DNA from: Eledone cirrhosa
Taxonomy: Eukaryota
Length of the DNA: 64,000 nucleotides
Assembly: GCA_964016885.1 (NCBI GenBank)
Contig: CAXHJY010000529.1
Span: 1-64,000 of the forward strand
Direction of reading: 5' to 3'
Shown here: positions 56,957 to 64,000 of the stretch, one piece after another
Layout: each line of letters starts with the position of its first letter
Numbering within the stretch: the first letter of the stretch is position 1
Notes under the pieces: model-generated
The model's input: only the letters and a program-made list of their open reading frames with translations
What the model was told of the DNA's origin: nothing
Database searches by the model: none
Program-made: the position numbers and the translations under genes

Positions 56957-58572
56957 ATGCATGTAGGCATGTGTATATATATGTTATGTATGCATGTATA
57001 TGTATGTGTTATGTGTGGGTGGATGCATGTATATATATGTTATGTATGTATATGTATGTATGTGTATATATATATATATATGTTATACATATGTTATGTA
57101 TGTATATATGTATATATATGTTATCTATGTATGTATGGTATGTATGTAAGTATATATATGTTACGTATGTATAAATGTTATATATATGCCTGTTATGTTA
57201 TGTATGTGTTGTGTTATGTTGACGAGGTGTAAGAGATAGTAAATGTTTCATTCTGTTGATCAAAAGAGTCAGGTAACATTGCCAAGTAGTCTAAAAGAAT
57301 GAATGTACCTGTTAATGAATGAGACAAGGTAGACCAACGTAAAGTCGGCCGCTCTTTCATTAACGTCAACAAAACAATGATTCGCCGCCTCCTCCACCGT
57401 AAGAATGTCTAATGAAACAAATATAGCATTTATCCACCCCGTCACAGTAGCTTTCAAACACGCAAACACATACACACATACACTCACACACATACACTCA
57501 AATACACATACACACATACACTCACACACATACACTCAAATACACTCACACACATACTCTAACACACAAACACACTCATACACTCACACAAACACATATA
57601 CACTCACAAGCTAACGAGGAAGTCTCTGCGCTGTCAATTTCTTTCGCAAGAAACAGCAGCTAAATATCCATTGAATCTCAGCCTACCGTGTCTTTACAAA
57701 ACAAACAACAAAAGGTGGCGAGTGGGGCAGAAAGAACGCTGGATAAGGTAATTCTGGAAACTGGATAACGAAGTGGGACCAAAGATCTCCCCGAGACTTT
57801 GTTTAAAAAGGTATCTAGGTTGACAAAGGTATCTAGGTTCGTTAACTTATGATCTATTGTGGTCGTACTAGTCTAACCCATTTCTTAAATGAAATAAAAT
57901 GTTTCGCTGTTGAGGTCTTATAAGACCAAAACATGTCCATTGTCATCACCAAGATGGCCGTCTAACATCTTTATATCCGATATCAAGCTGGTTATATATG
58001 AAGACTTTAGGTATTTTTTTGTCACTCATTCTGATGACATGAGCAGCCCAACATAGTTGTGATTGCATGAGAAGGTACCATCGTATGACGATGATGATGA
58101 TGACATTAGCAAACTTGCACATGGAACAACGAACACAAAGGAAGACAAACTAACACTCACACCCACTGTGGTTAGGGGAGGGCCGGGGGGGGGGGAGTTT
58201 GTCTTGTTATATTCAGATCGTAAAACACCTTCAATAAAATATGGCGCTCAGACAGTTTACTGCTAGAGAGGGGGGAGGTGGAGAATACGACTAATGCAGC
58301 AAACACCTGTGCAGTTGTTGCACTTGTTGCAGTTGTTGTCTATAACCTTTTATGTCTATAACTAACATACACAGACTGTATTAAAGTAGTTATGTGCATG
58401 GTAAACATTTATAGAATTGACAAACGTGTCTGCAAACGTGGAGTGTGTGTGTAGGTGGAGATGTCTGTAGGTGGCGGGCTCACGACTTGCAAGAAATAGC
58501 AGTTATATCACCCTCAGTCCACATTGCCCCGGCCTTAGGAATGAGGCTCATCGGAGATACAGAGTGAATGAA

Positions 58573-58611
<39 letters not shown>

Positions 58612-58620
58612 AGAAAAGAG

Positions 58621-58668
<48 letters not shown>

Positions 58669-58706
58669 GTGAGTGAGTGAGTGAGAGAGAGAGAAAGAGA
58701 GAGAGT

Positions 58707-58782
<76 letters not shown>

Positions 58783-59311
58783 TACTATGCAGGAGTTTGT
58801 AAAATTGTGAAAAGTACGCGTGTCGCAACGATCAAGTGTGTGGTTTATAGCAGACAGATTTTAAAAGGTCGCCTTTGTAGAACTGCTTGCATGTGTCGGG
58901 TGGAGGTGGAGGTGAAGGTGTCGGGTGGATGTGAAGGTGTCGGGTGGAGGTGAAGGTGTCGGGTGGAGGTGATGGTGGCGGCAGCAGGCGGTGGTGGAGA
59001 CGGGTATGGAAACAAGGAACGGCGTGCGCTTGCTATTTCTTCGCACAGTATATAAGAAAGATATTTGAAGAGATTGAGGATGTGTGAAAGAGGGGGTGGA
59101 GGAAGAGATGGAAAAAATAAGATAAAATGAGAGAGATAGAGAGGGAGAGAAAGAGAGATAGAGAGGGAGAGAGAGAGAGATGAAAGACAGAGCTGACGTA
59201 AGAGAAAGATTGACGTAAATGCTAGGCAGCCTTACGTGTCGTTCTAGTTTACTTCAGGTTTGCCTGCTTCTTAAATTACGACAGTAATGGAAACAATAAT
59301 AATAATAATAA

Positions 59312-59570
59312 TTGTTTCTACTTTAGGCACAAGGCCAGCAATTACCCAGTACATTACTGGTACTTTATTTTATTGACTCCGTAAGGATGAAAGGCAAAGT
59401 TAACCTCACAGGATTTGAACTCAGAACATAAAGGGCCGTAACACTATGCTGCAAAGCACGGTGTCTGACGTTATATCGATACTGCTAATAATAATAATAA
59501 TGTTTCTACTTTTGGCACAAGGCCAGCAATTACCCCACTATATTACTGGTACTTTATTTTATCGACCCTT
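59312..59570 (-). mobile_element. SINE S1 plus a second 3' partial copy
   Basis: Reverse-complement tail motif at 59313 and 59501. Confidence 0.88.
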
Positions 59571-59721
59571 AGTAATGATATTAATAATAAAGAAGAAACG
59601 AAGAAGGGAGAGAGAGAGAGAGAAAGAAAGAAGGACATAGAAAGAGAGGAGTGAGAGAGAGAGAGGGAGATCTGTTGATAAATATCAGTAAAGAGAGCAA
59701 CGATCTAAAAGTAAAACTCGT

Positions 59722-60615
59722 TGAAACCACCATCACACAAACCACCATCACACAAACCACCATTACATAAACCACAATCACACAAACCACAATCACACAT
59801 CACACATCACACAAACCACCATCACACAAACCACAATCACACAAACCACAATCACACAAACCACAATCACACAAACCACAATCACAATCACACAAACCAC
59901 AATCACACAAACCACAATCACACAAACCACAATCACACAAACCACAATCACACAAACCACAATCACACAAACCACAATCACACAAACCACAATCACACAA
60001 ACCACCATCACACAAACCACAATCACACAAACCACAATCACACAAACCACAATCACAATCACACAAACCACAATCACACAAACCACAATCACACAAACCA
60101 CAATCACACAAACCACAATCACACAAACCACCATCACACAAACCACAATCACACAAACCACAATCACAATCACACAAACCACAATCACACAAACCACAAT
60201 CACACAAACCACAATCACACAAACCACAATCACACAAACCACAATCACACAAACCACAATCACACAAACCACCATCACACAAACCACCATCACACATCAC
60301 ACATCACACAAACCACCATCACACAAACCACAATCACACAAACCACCATCACACAAACCACAATCACACAAACCACAATCACACAAACCACAATCACACA
60401 AACCACAATCACACAAACCACCATCACACAAACCACCATCACACATCACACATCACACAAACCACCATCACACAAACCACAATCACACAAACCACCATCA
60501 CACAAACCACAATCAGACAAACCACAATCACACAAACCACCATCACACAAACCACCATCACACAAACCACCATCACACAAACCACCATCACACAAACCAC
60601 CATCACACAAACCAC
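59722..60615. repeat. 15-bp minisatellite (acacaaaccacaatc)n
   Basis: Direct reading; source of the HTNHN / CDCGL ORFs. Confidence 0.97.
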
Positions 60616-60888
60616 GATCTACGTGACTATCCCTATCGATCAGATCGTTAGTGACCGCGGGAGGCTTATCAACACTTGTATGGATAACGAGTGTGTCTGT
60701 GTCTGCCTGTGTGTGCCTATCTACACACGTACGGATGTTGGTGTGTGTGTGTGTGTGTGTGTGCCTATCAACACACGTATGGATATATATGTGTATGTGT
60801 GCCTATCAACACACGTATGGATGTGTATGTGTGCGCGCGCCTATCAACACGCTATGGATATATATATGTGTATGTGTGCAGTTGTTTA

Positions 60889-60954
<66 letters not shown>

Positions 60955-61015
60955 ACAGAGGAAATATTTATTAGAATGCTGTTGAAATGTCTATACATAT
61001 TTTGAGACACCCTGC
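60955..61015 (+). mobile_element. Tc1/mariner-like MITE, right half
   Basis: atatttattagaatgctgttgaa..gacaccctg. Confidence 0.65.
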
Positions 61016-61081
61016 ACTTCCACCAAGCGTGAACCTAATATAACTGTACAATTGCCGTCTTTTGTTTGTTCATTTTTCAAC

Positions 61082-61167
<86 letters not shown>

Positions 61168-61419
61168 TGATGGTAGCTAAGATGCTTCCATATCTATCTC
61201 TCTCACACACTTACACCTCTCCAAGACAATGTCACTGGACCGAGATCTTTGGCGCTACGCAGTAATACAGAAGACCCGCCTTGCCTAAGTACAAAGCGAA
61301 ACCTACAGTCAGTAGGCACCTCTTACCAAAATACACCCCCGTCCCAACCCTACCCCCATCCCCATCTACACCACCCCTTTCGATGTAAAGCTATGTTGGC
61401 ACCACAACATCCAGTCCTA

Positions 61420-61680
61420 AATAAATGAGGTCGTGTAGGTGTCACGACAAAAAGTACACACAGTCCACGCTGTAATGTGGCCGTGTAGGTAACACGGTAA
61501 AAACCTCCCAGTCCACACTGTAAACGTGGTTGGTGTTAGGAAGGGCATCTAGCCGTAGAAAACCCGCCAGACAGTTCTGAGCAAGACAACCAATCTTGCC
61601 TCAAGTGGGACAATTTCCCGTCCAGACCCATGCTAGCGTGGAAAATGGACGTTAAACGATGATGACGATGATGATGATAG
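61420..61680 (+). mobile_element. SINE S3 / RTE-type tail with (GAT)n end
   Basis: gtggttggtgttaggaagggcatctagccgtagaaa..cccatgctagcgtggaaaatggacgttaaacgatgatg. Confidence 0.8.
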
Positions 61681-62028
61681 ATATCAAACCTAGTGTCGTT
61701 GGTAGAGTGTCAACCGCCCAGGACAACCTTTCAGTTTACACCACCTACACACAACACAACATATTTCTGGATTATACAAAATAACCGAATGTACTCCCCA
61801 CCCCCTCTCATACACGCACACGGCCCCTAGCTTGGCTGCTGAACCAAAAAGAAAAACCTAAAGTACCCATTCTGGGGTTAAAAGGGTTAGAAAGAGGAAA
61901 CAACGGTGTGTTTGGAGAATTTCACTGAAATTCTTTGTGTATCTCTATCGTTGATCTACCGATTTAGATAGATCTCATTCTCTCCCTCTTTCTCCTTTTC
62001 TGTAAGACAGATATATATATATATATAT

Positions 62029-62218
62029 AACAAAGGAATTGTGGTAAGGAACCAGATGGACCATAACGCACCAGAGTACTCAATACTTAAGGTAGTAGAG
62101 TGGGAAATAGGAAAAAGTATGACCCCGACGGCAGAGCTCAAGCCGTTTCGACGGCTATTTCTGGTCCAGAAATAGCCGTCGAAACGGCTTGAGCTCTGCC
62201 GTCGGGGTCATACTTTTT

Positions 62219-62223
<5 letters not shown>
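62029..62223. mobile_element. Penelope-like element, family A, with a perfect 58-bp-arm palindrome
   Basis: 62107-62164 is the reverse complement of 62166-62223; GAAA-CGGC-ttgagctct-GCCG-TC; antisense tail 62029-62106. Confidence 0.8.
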
Positions 62224-62259
<36 letters not shown>

Positions 62260-62266
<7 letters not shown>

Positions 62267-62438
62267 TGAGATTCTACAGGACTAGAACTGTTTCATTCTT
62301 TAGAAATCAACCTGATGATTTCTAAAGAATGAAACAGTTCTAGTCCTGTAGAATCTCATCTATATTAAAACTTTTATACTCTGCTATGTATTGAGTACCT
62401 TACTTACTGTGGTTACCTCCGATTCAACCCGGAATAAC

Positions 62439-62440
<2 letters not shown>
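62260..62440. mobile_element. Penelope-like element, family B, with a perfect 50-bp-arm palindrome
   Basis: 62260-62309 is the reverse complement of 62316-62365; CTGATGA 62312-62318, GAAA 62331-62334; tail contains tattgagtac. Confidence 0.75.
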
Positions 62441-62513
<73 letters not shown>

Positions 62514-62614
62514 TCCTTGTCTGTCTATCTCTGTCCACACACTCCCTCCATATACCCTCTCTTCTTCTCTGTCTCCCTCTCTTCACTCACACACTCCTTC
62601 CATATCCCCCGTCT

Positions 62615-63045
62615 TCCTCTCTCTCTCTCTCTCTCTTTCTCTCTCCCTGTATGTGTGTGTCTCTCTGTCTCTCTCTCCCTGTCTGTGTGTGTGTCTCTCT
62701 CTCTCTCTATCTGTCTCTCTCTCCCTGTCTGTGTGTGTGTGTGTCTCTTTCTATCTGTCTGTGTGTGTGTGTCTCTCTCTCTCTCTCTGTCTGTCTGTGT
62801 GTCCCTCTCTCTCTCTGTCTGTGTGTCCCTCTCTCTCCCTGTCTGTGTGTCTCACTCTCTCTCTCTCTGTGTCTCACTCTCTCTGTCTGTGTCTCACTCT
62901 CTCCCTCTGTCTGTGTGTCTCACTCTCTCTCTCTGTCTGTGTGTGTCTCTCTCTCTATCTGTGTCTCACTCTCTCTCTCTGTCTGTGTGTCTCACTCTCT
63001 CTCTCTCTGTCTGTGTGTGTCTCTCTCTCCCTCTCTCCCTCTCTC
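62615..63045. repeat. TC/TG compound microsatellite
   Basis: Direct reading. Confidence 0.93.
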
Positions 63046-63418
63046 CAGTCACCTCAGTCATAACATATTATTACATGGAAGAGGGAGACAGCAGCAATGT
63101 TGTTTGAGAAGCAAATCACGATTCTTCTCAGAAACTCATTTGAAGCGTGCTGAACATCATAGTAGTATTTACTGGGACATACATACACATACACATATAT
63201 TGACATACACACACACACACACACATATATTTACATATATATATATTGACATACATACATAGACACACACGCACATATTTACATATATATATATATTGAC
63301 ATACATACATAGACACACACACACATATTTACATATATATATATTGACATACATACATAGATACACACACACATATTTACATATATATATATATAGAGAG
63401 AGACATACATATGTACAT

Positions 63419-63509
<91 letters not shown>

Positions 63510-64000
63510 TATTTAATGGGACATACATACATATACACACTGGCAAGTACGCACGGACACCTATGGAAGCACGCAAGCAAATATACATACACACACACAG
63601 ATAGATAGATAGATATATACGTACGTACACACAGACACACATATACCCACACACACACACACACACACACAAGCACGTACTACTGCTGTATGTCCTACGC
63701 TAGAGTCGAGTCGTTTAAAGTCACGCACGTTCAGCTGAAACGGTCAGTCGACGATAGTAGAGAGAGAGAGGAGGCGAGAGAGAGAGAGATAGAGCAGAGA
63801 GAACAGAGAGAGGGAGGAGAGAGAGAGAACAGAGAGAAGGAGGAGAGAGAGAGAACAGAGAGAGGGAGGAGAGAGAGAGAGCAGAGATAGGGAGGAGAGA
63901 GAGTTGTAATTAATTGAATAGCTACTTGCATTATGTCTGTCCCAGTATTTTGTAGGCTCCAGTGAAATTTCTATGATTTATTGTTGCTAACTTCGCTAAG

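Noticed and set aside
59721-60626. His/Asn-rich and metallothionein-like CDCGL ORFs
   Set aside because: Products of a 15-bp minisatellite open in several frames

Overview
AT-rich, microsatellite-saturated eukaryotic DNA; the SINE families and repeat landscape resemble those I recall from octopod cephalopods (inference). Nearly all long ORFs in the track are artefacts of simple repeats. One real gene is supported: the last four coding exons of a BCOR/BCORL1-like gene on the minus strand (25375-25520, 22737-22814, 13011-13158, 11091-11985). They have GT-AG boundaries and consistent phases, and encode the third ankyrin repeat, the linker, a divergent PUFD region and a long Ser/Thr-rich tail; I found no upstream exons in the window. 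A repeat-free 105-aa ORF with an N-myristoylation-type start lies antisense inside a BCOR intron. The most striking non-coding signal is a set of short elements embedded in (TA)n tracts that carry hammerhead-ribozyme cores (CUGANGA...GAAA...NUH, palindromic stem III loops) of the Penelope-like type. Several form 50-58 bp fold-back palindromes whose turning point is at the ribozyme core, and distinct families share a TATTGAGTRC tail motif. Also present: many tRNA-derived SINEs, a 5'-inverted RTE LINE fragment, R4/Dong and pogo relics, a non-autonomous Helitron, piggyBac-like and Tc1-like MITEs, and many mini/microsatellites. Repeat boundaries are approximate.
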